43,027 bases of DNA from an uncultured Hyphomicrobiales bacterium (GTDB lineage: Bacteria > Bacteroidota > Ignavibacteria > Kapaibacteriales > UBA2268): positions 1-43,027 of the forward strand of contig CAZEHW010000003.1 of assembly GCA_964511865.1 (NCBI GenBank), in the 5' to 3' direction. The translations under genes and the position numbers were made by a program. Positions within the stretch are counted from its first letter, which is position 1. Each line of letters begins with the position of its first letter. The notes beneath the pieces are model-generated. The model saw only the letters and a list, made by a program, of their open reading frames with translations. It made no database searches and was not told the origin of the DNA. This document shows, in pieces, positions 27,393 to 36,176 of this stretch.

Positions 27393-27501
27393 TTCTTCAC
27401 TTCGTTCAGAATGACAATTTAATTTATTGTCATACTTTTATTGTCATTCTGTTGTTTTACCACCAAGCACAGCGCTGGTGGTCAGATACTCGCAATGACA
27501 G
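27393..27501. repeat. Intergenic palindromic repeat element of the 'CTTCGTTCAGAATGACA' class
   Basis: tcttcacttcgttcagaatgaca (27393-27415). Perfect 12-bp inverted repeat CAGAATGACAAT (27407-27418) / ATTGTCATTCTG (27441-27452). CCACCA...TGGTGG hairpin (27460-27481). A second 'ctcgcaatgacag' arm (27489-27501). Confidence 0.55.
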
Positions 27502-27647
27502 GGTAACTGAGTTTCAGTGTTCGCTGTGAATGCTTCGACGGCTATATTTTTTTTTGAAACTTTTTTCCTGATGTTCCGTATTTCAATCAGGACTCAAGAC
27601 GGACTCACAAAAATAATATATATCAATTTATTTAAGGAATTAAAATT

Positions 27648-28376
27648 ATGAAAAAGTATGTCCGTAATTTAGCATTAGCTTTTACAGCAATAATAATGCT
27701 CGCTTGCACAGCAAGCAACAGTTGTCTCAAAGGAGACAGAATTATTGAAACTCAATCGAGAGAACTCCCGAGTTTCGAATCAGTCAGTTTCCTGACAGCA
27801 GGAAATGTCTTTATAAGTCAGGGGGATGTTCAAAGTGTAAAAATTGAAGCCAGCAAAGATTTAATCGGAAAAATTCAAACAGATGTCGCAGACGGCTGTC
27901 TTATGATAAACTGCTACGACCAAATTTGTCCTGAAAAACTCAATATATATATCACTATGAAAGATGTAAATAGTTTCAGACTTTTCGGTTCAGGCAATAT
28001 GTATAATTTTACACCATTAAACTCAAATGAAATTAATCTGAAAGTCAGCGGTTCCGGAAATATCAATTTCACTGAGATCTCCGCCCACAAAGTTGGTTTA
28101 CTGGTAATGGGTTCAGGAAATATTAACGTTAGCGGAAATACGAACTCATCTGTCATTGAGTCGAATGGTTCGGGTAATATCAATGCAGTTGAGTTGAATT
28201 CAGAATTTTGTAATGTACTTGTAAATGGTTCAGGTAACACCAAAACGCTTGTAAATAAGGACCTGAAAGTAAAAATTAACGGCAGTGGTAATGTCAAATA
28301 CCTCGGAACACCGGAAAATCTGAAAATGGATTTAAATGGTTCAGGTGATGTTAAAAAACTAAAAGCCGTTAGTTAA
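27648..28376 (+). CDS. Lipoprotein with DUF2807/GIN-type (putative adhesin head) repeats
   Basis: Lipobox-like 'IMLACTAS' and repeated 'GSGNI/GSGNM/GSGNT/GSGDV' beta-helix motifs. Confidence 0.8.
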   Translation: MKKYVRNLALAFTAIIMLACTASNSCLKGDRIIETQSRELPSFESVSFLTAGNVFISQGDVQSVKIEASKDLIGKIQTDVADGCLMINCYDQICPEKLNIYITMKDVNSFRLFGSGNMYNFTPLNSNEINLKVSGSGNINFTEISAHKVGLLVMGSGNINVSGNTNSSVIESNGSGNINAVELNSEFCNVLVNGSGNTKTLVNKDLKVKINGSGNVKYLGTPENLKMDLNGSGDVKKLKAVS

Positions 28377-28445
28377 ATAATAAAAGCTTTATCATATTAA
28401 ATTGTTGATTGTATTCAACAACAGAAGTAAAGACATCAAAGCGGC

Positions 28446-28483
28446 AAGCTGTTCACATATAAATTGCGGACAGCTTTTTTTAT
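28446..28483 (+). terminator. Intrinsic terminator after the DUF2807 gene
   Basis: AAGCTGT (28446-28452) pairs with ACAGCTT (28470-28476) and runs into TTTTTTTAT. Confidence 0.6.
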
Positions 28484-28602
28484 TGAAGCTAATCATATAA
28501 ATTTGTATTTTTTATTCGGTGTTTTATATCAAAGATACGGTAGATAGTTGATAATTGTTAATGAAGATTGAAGCAAACAGGAGATAAGATTTTACTTAAA
28601 GC

Positions 28603-29829
28603 ATGAAATTTCAGGAATTAAAACATATTGCATCAAAATTTTCTGCATCCGGGAGCAACCGCAGGTTCATGAATTTTGCCCGTTCTGTAGCTTTTATAAG
28701 TGTTATTCTTGGTAGTATGGCTTTGATTATCTCACTTTCGGTACTTGACGGATTTGAAAGTACTTTAAAAAGCAATGCCGTAAAATTTACTTCACATGTA
28801 AAATTAAAAGCATTTGACAACAAGCTAATTCAAGAACATTCCGAGCTAATCAAAAAAATAAAAAAAAACAACCCTGAGATAAAAAATATCGCTCCTGTAG
28901 TCGAAAAGGAAAGTTTAATCAGTACTAAGTCATTCGTAGAAGGTGTCGTTGTGCGGGGGACTCTCCCTGAATATGACATTACTAATATGAAAAACAATAT
29001 TATTGAAGGCAGTTTCGGGTTCAGCAACGCCGCTGCAAATGAAATATGTATTGGAAATAGATTAGCAAAAAAACTAAATGTAAAAATCGGTGATGAACTT
29101 GTTGTTTATGCTATAAATGGAGATAATCTGACGCAAATCCTAATGCCTGATATACAAAAATTTAATCTCATAGGAATTTATGAAACAGGCATGGCACAAT
29201 ATGATGATATTTATGTTTATATACCTTACAACAATGCCCTGAATCTTTTTAAAATGGCTGAAAATACGGCAACTTCACTTGATATTATGCTTTACGATAT
29301 TGAGAAGTCCAATGTTATTGCAGATAATTTAAATAGAAGCATAGGTTATCCTTTTTATGCATTTACTGTTTTTGATTTGCATTCGGCTATCTTTGCATGG
29401 ATAGAACTGCAAAAAGCTCCGATACCTTTGGTATTAGGGCTGATAAGTATGGTCGCAGTGCTGAATATCATTACAATTTTATTAATTACCGTAGTCGAAA
29501 AGACTCATTCAATCGGAATCTTAAGAGCATTGGGAATGAGCAAGACAAACATAATTAAAATCTTTATTATTCAAGGTCTGAGTATCGGAATAATCGGCAC
29601 TATAATAGGTTGTTCAATAGGACTGTTGTTCGGATTAATACAGCAACATTATGGAATAATCTCATTGGAAGGAGAAATATACTTCCTCGATAAATTGCCG
29701 GTGAAATTTGAAGTATGGCATTTTGCGGTAGTTTGCACTACCGCAATTGTCCTTTCATTTTTAGCTACTTTGATACCATCTTTTATTGCATCATCAATAA
29801 AACCAATCAGAGCGATTAGGTTCAAATAA
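28603..29829 (+). CDS. LolC/LolE-like ABC transporter permease (MacB periplasmic domain + FtsX)
   Basis: N-terminal TM, a periplasmic domain of about 230 aa and three C-terminal TMs, with 'HSIGILRALGMSK' and a C-terminal 'IKPIRAIRF' typical of FtsX-family permeases. Confidence 0.85.
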   Translation: MKFQELKHIASKFSASGSNRRFMNFARSVAFISVILGSMALIISLSVLDGFESTLKSNAVKFTSHVKLKAFDNKLIQEHSELIKKIKKNNPEIKNIAPVVEKESLISTKSFVEGVVVRGTLPEYDITNMKNNIIEGSFGFSNAAANEICIGNRLAKKLNVKIGDELVVYAINGDNLTQILMPDIQKFNLIGIYETGMAQYDDIYVYIPYNNALNLFKMAENTATSLDIMLYDIEKSNVIADNLNRSIGYPFYAFTVFDLHSAIFAWIELQKAPIPLVLGLISMVAVLNIITILLITVVEKTHSIGILRALGMSKTNIIKIFIIQGLSIGIIGTIIGCSIGLLFGLIQQHYGIISLEGEIYFLDKLPVKFEVWHFAVVCTTAIVLSFLATLIPSFIASSIKPIRAIRFK

Positions 29830-30116
29830 TTTTACACCATAACTTTTCCAAAGTTAGGTAATATGGAGTACAGCCAAATTGATGTAGCTCCGAAAAGAGA
29901 TATATTAGGAAAAGAGAGGAAAAATGTTTAAATTATTTGTCACCGGTTGATTATGAAAAATCATTATTTGTAAAAAGATAATATCTTTTTAAATTGTATT
30001 CAAAAATGGGGCAAGATAATTCTAAAAAAAGGGTAAACTAAACTCTGTCTATTTAAAAATTACTAATTTTAGAAACCGATAATTATTGTTTGTCTGATTC
30101 ATTCGTTTTACTTTGT

Positions 30117-31031
30117 TTATTCAGCAGATTTTACGTTGATTAAAAAATCTTTGTATAAGTTATTAATTTCCTGGTTTTCACTGTTAGTCCGAATTAATCT
30201 CAGGTAACAATCGTATGCGTCAAGAAACATTTTTTTGCTTTCATAAAATTTTGCAAGTAACATATCTTCCAAAGTACTGTTTTCACTTTCCATAGTGGAT
30301 TTTATCTCATTGACCTGAAGCATAACTTCATCATTTTCTATTTCGCTTAGCAAACAAAAATACGATTCATCTGATAAAGTTAAATCCTGACCGCTGACCA
30401 TAATTGTCCAATGGTAACATTCCGATGGATTCAGCTCCAGTTCTTTTGCTGTTAGGATTAATGAAGTATCAGCAGTTGTAATTGTCTTTAATACTTCAGA
30501 AAAGTTGTTTTTTAATTTAAAAATATATTCTTTAGCCCCGGGTTTTGAGAACCAAATAAATTTAATATCTCCGTTACTAATTTTACAATTTCTCGGAAGG
30601 AATGGACATACTTTGTCAATATTAAATATTTCTCTTTCCAGTCCTAATTTGAATTTATCTTTGTCACTTGTACCTTCTTTGATTGCTTCAAAAAGATATT
30701 GAGCGTATTTACTGATTAAATTATTCTTTGTGCTTTTATTTTTGACAACTAAATCGCCGACAGTGAATTTACCTTCTTTCGAGCATTCAATTATGTTACC
30801 TTTACTATTTGCAAAGCACAAATAGGATTCTTTTTGAATTATCAAAGTATCATTTAGTGAAAGATTGTTGCCGGGAAATAATTCCTTTTGTTTATCATCC
30901 TCAGATATGAATTTAATATTCCCATTTTTAATAATCACTTTATAAGTATCATCATTTGCCAAAGAATGATAGCTAACAAAAAATAATGTTACCAAAGCAA
31001 CAAAGCTGATTTTTAATGCAGTCGTTTTCAT
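30117..31031 (-). CDS. Secreted protein, FecR-like N-terminal and possibly DUF928-like central region; partner of the CHASE2 protein
   Basis: Signal peptide. 'NGNIKFISEDD...LFPGNNLSLNDTLIIQKESYLCFANSKGNIIE' resembles FecR-type domains. 'LNPSECYHWTIMV' resembles the DUF928 core. The start overlaps the upstream gene's stop (ATGA at 31028-31031). The assignment is by pattern only. Confidence 0.55.
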   Translation of the reverse strand: MKTTALKISFVALVTLFFVSYHSLANDDTYKVIIKNGNIKFISEDDKQKELFPGNNLSLNDTLIIQKESYLCFANSKGNIIECSKEGKFTVGDLVVKNKSTKNNLISKYAQYLFEAIKEGTSDKDKFKLGLEREIFNIDKVCPFLPRNCKISNGDIKFIWFSKPGAKEYIFKLKNNFSEVLKTITTADTSLILTAKELELNPSECYHWTIMVSGQDLTLSDESYFCLLSEIENDEVMLQVNEIKSTMESENSTLEDMLLAKFYESKKMFLDAYDCYLRLIRTNSENQEINNLYKDFLINVKSAE

Positions 31032-32215
31032 TTGAACAACCCTTTTATTTTTTTAACAATACTTGTAAAGGAACTGAAATATATTTCTGAAATATCCTGT
31101 GATAATAATATTACGAAAAATACGAATAAAACATTAATTTTAAAATAAAAATATTCGAATAATAAATATATGATAAATAAAACAGCTATGAACTCAATTA
31201 TTATGAATATTTTTAACTCACCACCATATAAATTCGGAAATTTTTTTCTGATATATTCAAAAAACCAAATGTTCAAATAGCAAAGAACAAAAGCCAATAT
31301 GAAAATCCCAAGGGGCGACATCACATTTATATAATTTCTGTTAATTATCATAGAAATGATATTTGCATGTATTACTATCCCGTACATATCCGGTAGTCCT
31401 CTGCTGATATTGTGAAGATTCATAGGAGTAAAATACTTATCCTCGCACGACATTGAATCCGAAAAAGAAGCTCCCATATATCCGAGCAATACAATTTTGT
31501 TTTTTAAAAAGCTTTTATCAAAGTTTGTGTCGAATAATTGCTTTGTGTCGATAAAGATATATCTTCGGTTGTTGCCCGAAAAGTTAATAATCTCGTCTTT
31601 ATTGCCTCTTCTTAATAATTCCTTTACTGCATCCTGATCAAATTTTGAAGCAATTTCTACGCTGAATGAATGATAAACCGTATCATTAAATCTGTTTGTA
31701 GGATTAAAACTTCTTATTGTTTGGAATGAGCCGTCTCCGGAAAAATTGATAAAGCCATGTGAATTATTCCATCTGAATTCCGGAAGGGATAACTGAAGCG
31801 AGTCGGGTTCTTCGATTGTATAAGCATCATTTTTTGAATTTAAAAAATATGAAGCCATAACACAATTGTTAATTTGGGCAAGAGCAAGACTTAATGGTAA
31901 GTCTTCTAAGGGGCTTTTTCTTTTTAGGAAATAGGCGTCAATACCAATAACAGCAGGATTTTGTTGTTTGATGAGATTTAACTGTCCGGCTATTTCTGCT
32001 CTTGTGGCTCCAATGTTTACTATTACAATATTAGTATCAATAGGTTCGGTTTCTTTTAAACGTGAATAATAAATATCAGTCAAATCCAGATTTTCAATAA
32101 TTCTTTCGATTGGTATAAACGGGTCAAGAACATTAGGTAATAATGTCATTAAACTTACAATCGCAATGACAAAAACCGTTGCAAACAAGTATTCAATAAA
32201 TCTGTTTTTAAACAT
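31028..32215 (-). CDS. CHASE2-domain membrane protein without a recognisable output domain
   Basis: N-terminal TM, an extracytoplasmic region of about 270 aa ('IVIVNIG...NPAVIGIDAYF', 'FSVEIASKF') and three C-terminal TM helices. No kinase or cyclase motifs. Confidence 0.6.
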   Translation of the reverse strand: MFKNRFIEYLFATVFVIAIVSLMTLLPNVLDPFIPIERIIENLDLTDIYYSRLKETEPIDTNIVIVNIGATRAEIAGQLNLIKQQNPAVIGIDAYFLKRKSPLEDLPLSLALAQINNCVMASYFLNSKNDAYTIEEPDSLQLSLPEFRWNNSHGFINFSGDGSFQTIRSFNPTNRFNDTVYHSFSVEIASKFDQDAVKELLRRGNKDEIINFSGNNRRYIFIDTKQLFDTNFDKSFLKNKIVLLGYMGASFSDSMSCEDKYFTPMNLHNISRGLPDMYGIVIHANIISMIINRNYINVMSPLGIFILAFVLCYLNIWFFEYIRKKFPNLYGGELKIFIIIEFIAVLFIIYLLFEYFYFKINVLFVFFVILLSQDISEIYFSSFTSIVKKIKGLFK

Positions 32216-32292
32216 AAATTAGTTCAATGAATTAATAAACTTAGCAAAGATAATAATTTTCAATAAGAAATTCATAAATTCTAAGAAATTTA

Positions 32293-32417
32293 GTAAATTA
32301 GAAAAAAATGAAATTAACCGGGAGAAAATTATGCTTGTGCAATTAAAACGTTTAATAGTTTCAATACTTTTTTTTATAATCCTGTCATGGTTAGTGCCGA
32401 TAATTGTATTTTCGCAG
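32293..32417 (+). repeat. About 125-bp direct repeat, copy 1 (5' UTR + signal-peptide-coding segment); copy 2 at 35477-35601
   Basis: gtaaattaga(a/g)aaaaa(t/a)gaaattaaccgggagaaaattatgcttgtgcaatt(-/t)aaaacgtttaatagtttcaatactt...ttagtgccgata(a/t)ttgt(a/t)ttttcgcag is shared with few substitutions. Confidence 0.85.
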
Positions 32418-32500
32418 ACGACCTGCCGACAGGCATGTACTTTGTGATTTTGCAGACACCGACGATTAGGAAAGCGGAGAAGTTGGAAATCATCAAATGA
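32331..32500 (+). pseudogene. Deletion remnant: signal peptide fused out of frame to the last 27 codons of a T9SS C-terminal domain
   Basis: The ATG 32331 frame gives MLVQLKRLIVSILFFIILSWLVPIIVFSQTTCRQACTL*. The -1 frame from about 32417 gives DDLPTGMYFVILQTPTIRKAEKLEIIK* (stop 32498-32500), a typical T9SS tail ending. Confidence 0.55.
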
Positions 32501-32611
32501 TGAGTGCTAAGTGTTGAGTGAAATTTTAAATTAGCTTTTTGCTTTATGATAATAGCTAACGCTAATTGCTAAAAAATGATATTTTGAAATTATTATAAAA
32601 AAGGTGATGTT

Positions 32612-32728
32612 ATGAAAAGAACAATAAAAATTCTAACGATTTCATTTTTCATTTTTAGTTGTTCACTCCCAGACATGGAAAGAACTATACGACAGTACAA
32701 ATGCCAATATGCAAAGTCAAAACTATAA
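32612..32728 (+). CDS. Candidate 38-aa lipoprotein (unannotated small ORF)
   Basis: AGGTGAT sits 4 nt upstream of ATG 32612. MKRTIKILTISFFIFSCSLPDMERTIRQYKCQYAKSKL* has a signal peptide plus lipobox (FIFS-C). Confidence 0.3.
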   Translation: MKRTIKILTISFFIFSCSLPDMERTIRQYKCQYAKSKL

Positions 32729-32786
32729 AGTCGAAATGAACTGTGTTAAAAATCAAATTTATTTCCAATCAATAATTTGCATTAAT

Positions 32787-35252
32787 TTAATACCCGCCTG
32801 AGCTGCCGACATTTGACCTTTCAATTTCATCTTCGGGTCTTATTTTCCTTTCGAAGTTATTTATCTTCAAACTTATCCCAAGCGAAATGTTTGCGCCTTC
32901 GGCATACATAGTCCCATAATTATATAACGTATCTCTTCTGTTCACTGATTCATACTTTACTTTGTTCATAACGTTTCTTCCGGTCAGATAAAGAGTAAGC
33001 AAGCGGTCAAAGAAAAATTGCCTTACCGAAAAACCTAAGGAATAAGTCGGTTCAATTTTTCCGTCAATAGAATATCTCGGACCAAAATAGTAGGAGTTCA
33101 ACTGGAACATCGTATTTTGACCAAAATTGTAAATCAGCATTATATTAGCATCCATAGAGTAACCACCGAGATTTTCCTGAATAGTCGGGTCGTCGCTTTC
33201 CAGCTTGTTGTAAAAGAAATTACCATTTAGATTAATTCGGATTTCTTTACTAAAATTGATGTTTGCAGAAAGTTCGGAACCTAAGACATATTTCCTTGAG
33301 ATATTTTCGGATGTAATCCATATCTTATTATCATCTTTTGTCCTTAAAACCCTGCTTATGGCATTATCGGTATTTCTGTAATAGGTTTGCAAGGATAAAA
33401 ACCATTTCTCATATCCTTTTTGGTAGTTCAATTCGTAAGAATCCGTGAATTCCGGCATCAACCCGGGATTCCCGACACTGACATAGTAATCATCGGCATA
33501 ATCGGGAAAAGGATTGAGTGCGTAAACATCGGGACGTTGCACTCTTCTGCTGTAACTGATTTGTATTTGCCTGTCATTTTCAAACTTCCTTGATAAATGT
33601 AATGTTGGAAAAATATTTACTTTCCGGTACTTGAACAGCGAACTGTTTGTTTCCTGTTCGAGACGGCGGTTGAAATATTCCGCCCTTAAACCTAATTTGC
33701 AATTAAAGTCGAATATACTGCCGCTTATTGTGCTATATATTGCATAGATATTATGATAGTATTTGGTATTGTTGGTAAAGCCCGTATTTTCTTCCCATAA
33801 TTTTGAAAGTATATTATAATCCTGATAAAGATAATCGCTGAAATCCTGAGTGTAGTCGAAGTTAATACCTACCTCGAATTCGGAATTATCATTGATGGGA
33901 TAGACGTAATCAGCTTTATACTTCAGAAGAAAACTTCTGCTGTCTGCAATTCCCTGATGTTTTTGTAAATTGGTGTCAATAAGATTGAATTTATTATCAG
34001 TTATTGCTTTTGAAGATACTTCGTTTCCGCCTCCGTCCCAAATAATGGCATTGATTGTTGATGAAAGCTTGTGTCCTTTTTTTGAGAAATTTTGTAGAAA
34101 AAATGTATTTATTGTGCTGTAGTAGCCGTCAATTGTATTAATATCATCATTATAGAAGTAATTGTTTGAGCTCATCGGGTTTGTCCAAACAGTTAATTTG
34201 GACGGTAGTCTTCTTTCGTAATGCATATTAAGAACATTACCGGAAAAAGATATAAATCTCGATGGCGAAATTGTGTATTCGACACCTGCCTTTGCAGAAA
34301 AGTTTTGATCAATCATTTTTCTGTTAATGATCGGATTGATTAAATAAACCGTATCTGTTAGATTGTCGTATGTTTCTCTGGTATAATCCGACCGGGGCTT
34401 GAAAGTTCTGTCCTCATAGTTGATACCTGAATAGAAGTTCAAATCACCATATTTATAATTAAACAAAGCATCGGCGGAGTATTTATCCTTGATTCCTGCT
34501 GAAGAATTTAAGATACCGTTTAAACCGTTCATGTCCATTTTTTTCATAACAACATTGATTATCCCTGCAGTGCCGTCCGGGTCATATTTGGCAGACGGGT
34601 TTGTGATAATTTCGATATTTTCGACGACATCCGCCGGAATCATCTTCAAAGCATCATTACCTGCTACAGGGCTTGGTTTACCGTCAATAAGAACCTGAAA
34701 GTTTGTACTGCCCCTTAACGAAACATTTCCTTCGGCATCAACATTTACCGACGAAACGTTTTGAAGTGCATCGGCAATTTTCCCGCCACGTGCATTGGGA
34801 TTACTGCTTATATTGATAATTTTTTTGTCAATATTGTAGGAAATATTGTCTTTATCGGCACTAACCAATATATCATTTGTTTCATAGCTTTTCGATTTGA
34901 GTTTGACCTTGTCCAATTCAAGATTATAATTTTCTTTTGTGAGGTTAACACCTGTAACAATTTCGTTATGGTAGCCGACAAAACTGAATTTAATGTCATA
35001 TTGTCCGAAGGGTAAATCCGTAATAATGAAGTCTCCCTTGTTTTTTGTAATTGCCCCTTCAATCACTTTTGAGGTTTCACTGTTGATAACGGCAACTGTG
35101 GCATAAGCCATTCCCGCATTGGATAGCGAATCAACGACTATGCCCCTTATAATTCCCCTAGCTTCGAAGTTATTGGAATTGTTATTTTCTTTTGAGTAAA
35201 TGTCAACATTAACCAGTATTATGAATAATATGAACGAGCAAAATACTTTCAT
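32787..35252 (-). CDS. TonB-dependent receptor / outer-membrane beta-barrel protein with N-terminal CarboxypepD_reg domain
   Basis: Signal peptide. 'GIIRGIVVDSLSNAGMAYATVAVI...GDFIITDLPFGQYDIKFSFVGY' (CarboxypepD_reg). Plug-like 'SVNVDAEGNVSLRGSTNFQVLIDGKP'. Long beta-barrel ending in an aromatic residue (…SGGY). Confidence 0.9.
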   Translation of the reverse strand: MKVFCSFILFIILVNVDIYSKENNNSNNFEARGIIRGIVVDSLSNAGMAYATVAVINSETSKVIEGAITKNKGDFIITDLPFGQYDIKFSFVGYHNEIVTGVNLTKENYNLELDKVKLKSKSYETNDILVSADKDNISYNIDKKIINISSNPNARGGKIADALQNVSSVNVDAEGNVSLRGSTNFQVLIDGKPSPVAGNDALKMIPADVVENIEIITNPSAKYDPDGTAGIINVVMKKMDMNGLNGILNSSAGIKDKYSADALFNYKYGDLNFYSGINYEDRTFKPRSDYTRETYDNLTDTVYLINPIINRKMIDQNFSAKAGVEYTISPSRFISFSGNVLNMHYERRLPSKLTVWTNPMSSNNYFYNDDINTIDGYYSTINTFFLQNFSKKGHKLSSTINAIIWDGGGNEVSSKAITDNKFNLIDTNLQKHQGIADSRSFLLKYKADYVYPINDNSEFEVGINFDYTQDFSDYLYQDYNILSKLWEENTGFTNNTKYYHNIYAIYSTISGSIFDFNCKLGLRAEYFNRRLEQETNSSLFKYRKVNIFPTLHLSRKFENDRQIQISYSRRVQRPDVYALNPFPDYADDYYVSVGNPGLMPEFTDSYELNYQKGYEKWFLSLQTYYRNTDNAISRVLRTKDDNKIWITSENISRKYVLGSELSANINFSKEIRINLNGNFFYNKLESDDPTIQENLGGYSMDANIMLIYNFGQNTMFQLNSYYFGPRYSIDGKIEPTYSLGFSVRQFFFDRLLTLYLTGRNVMNKVKYESVNRRDTLYNYGTMYAEGANISLGISLKINNFERKIRPEDEIERSNVGSSGGY

Positions 35253-35476
35253 GTCCTAATCCCTAATATTCCATAAATACTCTTTTTATTTTTACGGCTA
35301 ATCATTAAAAAAGTTACACATAAGCCAATAAATATTTAACGTTCATCAAGCAATAAAACTTGGTCTTGTAAAAGAAGTCGCCTTCCGTTTCGGGAAGAAG
35401 TCAGGGAAATTTGCTAATTGGCTGAAATTATCTAAAACTAATTTAAACAATTGATTTAATATAATTTAAATATTTT

Positions 35477-35601
35477 GTAAATTAGAGAAAAAAGAAATTA
35501 ACCGGGAGAAAATTATGCTTGTGCAATTTAAACGTTTAATAGTTTCAATACTTACTTTAATAATCCTGTCGTGGTTAGTGCCGATATTTGTTTTTTCGCA
35601 G
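35477..35601 (+). repeat. About 125-bp direct repeat, copy 2 (see 32293-32417)
   Basis: Same sequence block, including the RBS (GGGAGAAAATT-ATG) and the signal-peptide codons. Confidence 0.85.
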
Positions 35602-35724
35602 GAAGAGGATGCTGAATGGACAGTATATCAGGCAACTCCGGAAATATTTGATATTGCGATTGATGGAAACTATCTTTGGGTGGCAAGCAAAAACGGACTT
35701 TTCAAGATCAATGCTAAGATGTAG
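35515..35724 (+). pseudogene. 5' fragment (signal peptide + first propeller blade) of a propeller-repeat secreted protein, truncated at the island boundary
   Basis: MLVQFKRLIVSILTLIILSWLVPIFVFSQ-EEDAEWTVYQATPEIFDIAIDGNYLWVASKNGLFKINAKM*. The 'I.DIAIDGNYLWVASKNGL' repeat resembles the one at the window start. The ORF stops after 69 codons. Confidence 0.55.
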
Positions 35725-36092
35725 CGATATTGATATATCTTTAAGAAGAAGTTTGAATATGAGAAATAAAAGGGATCGGCAATCAAATTATTGGCAAAAA
35801 AGAGCAAAAATTGTTGAAAATTTGCAACTTATATGCAAGGAATTTTGGTTGGCTAATTTTGACCTTTTTTGAATTGATTCGGACACGATTCGGACATATT
35901 TGCTTTATAAAATTAAAAACCCGCATGAATACTATCATACAGGTTTTATAAAGTGGTCAGGGACGTAATTGAATTATGAATTATTAAGTAATGTTAATAA
36001 ATCATAATGAATGTAATTATATAATAAATCATAGATTTAATGATTTTTACTTTTCTTTACTTTTCATTAGTTTTTCATGAATTTTTGCAAAA

Positions 36093-36139
36093 CTGTCCGA
36101 GAACTGTCCGAAAATAGGCTTCTCGGACAGTATTTTTTC
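36093..36139 (+). terminator. 11-bp perfect hairpin + T-run just upstream of the recombinase gene (terminator/insulator or protein-binding inverted repeat)
   Basis: CTGTCCGAGAA (36093-36103), 16-nt loop, TTCTCGGACAG (36120-36130), then TATTTTTTC. Confidence 0.45.
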
Positions 36140-36176
36140 TTATATTTGTATATGAAAAATTTTGGGAAAATATAAT

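Noticed and set aside
27284-27529. 81-aa ORF on the plus strand
   Set aside because: It is created by reading through the dispersed palindromic repeat element. It has no start context and low-complexity content.
32502-32510. GAGTGCTAA, the right half-site of the CIRCE heat-shock operator
   Set aside because: No matching TTAGCACTC half-site lies 9 nt upstream. It is far from hrcA/grpE/dnaJ and not in front of any chaperone gene. I also scanned 5187-5356 and 6407-6574 and found no CIRCE.
35588-35872. 94-aa plus-strand ORF overlapping the truncated propeller fragment
   Set aside because: It is out of frame with the recognisable signal-peptide/propeller reading. It has basic low-complexity content and crosses the putative island boundary.
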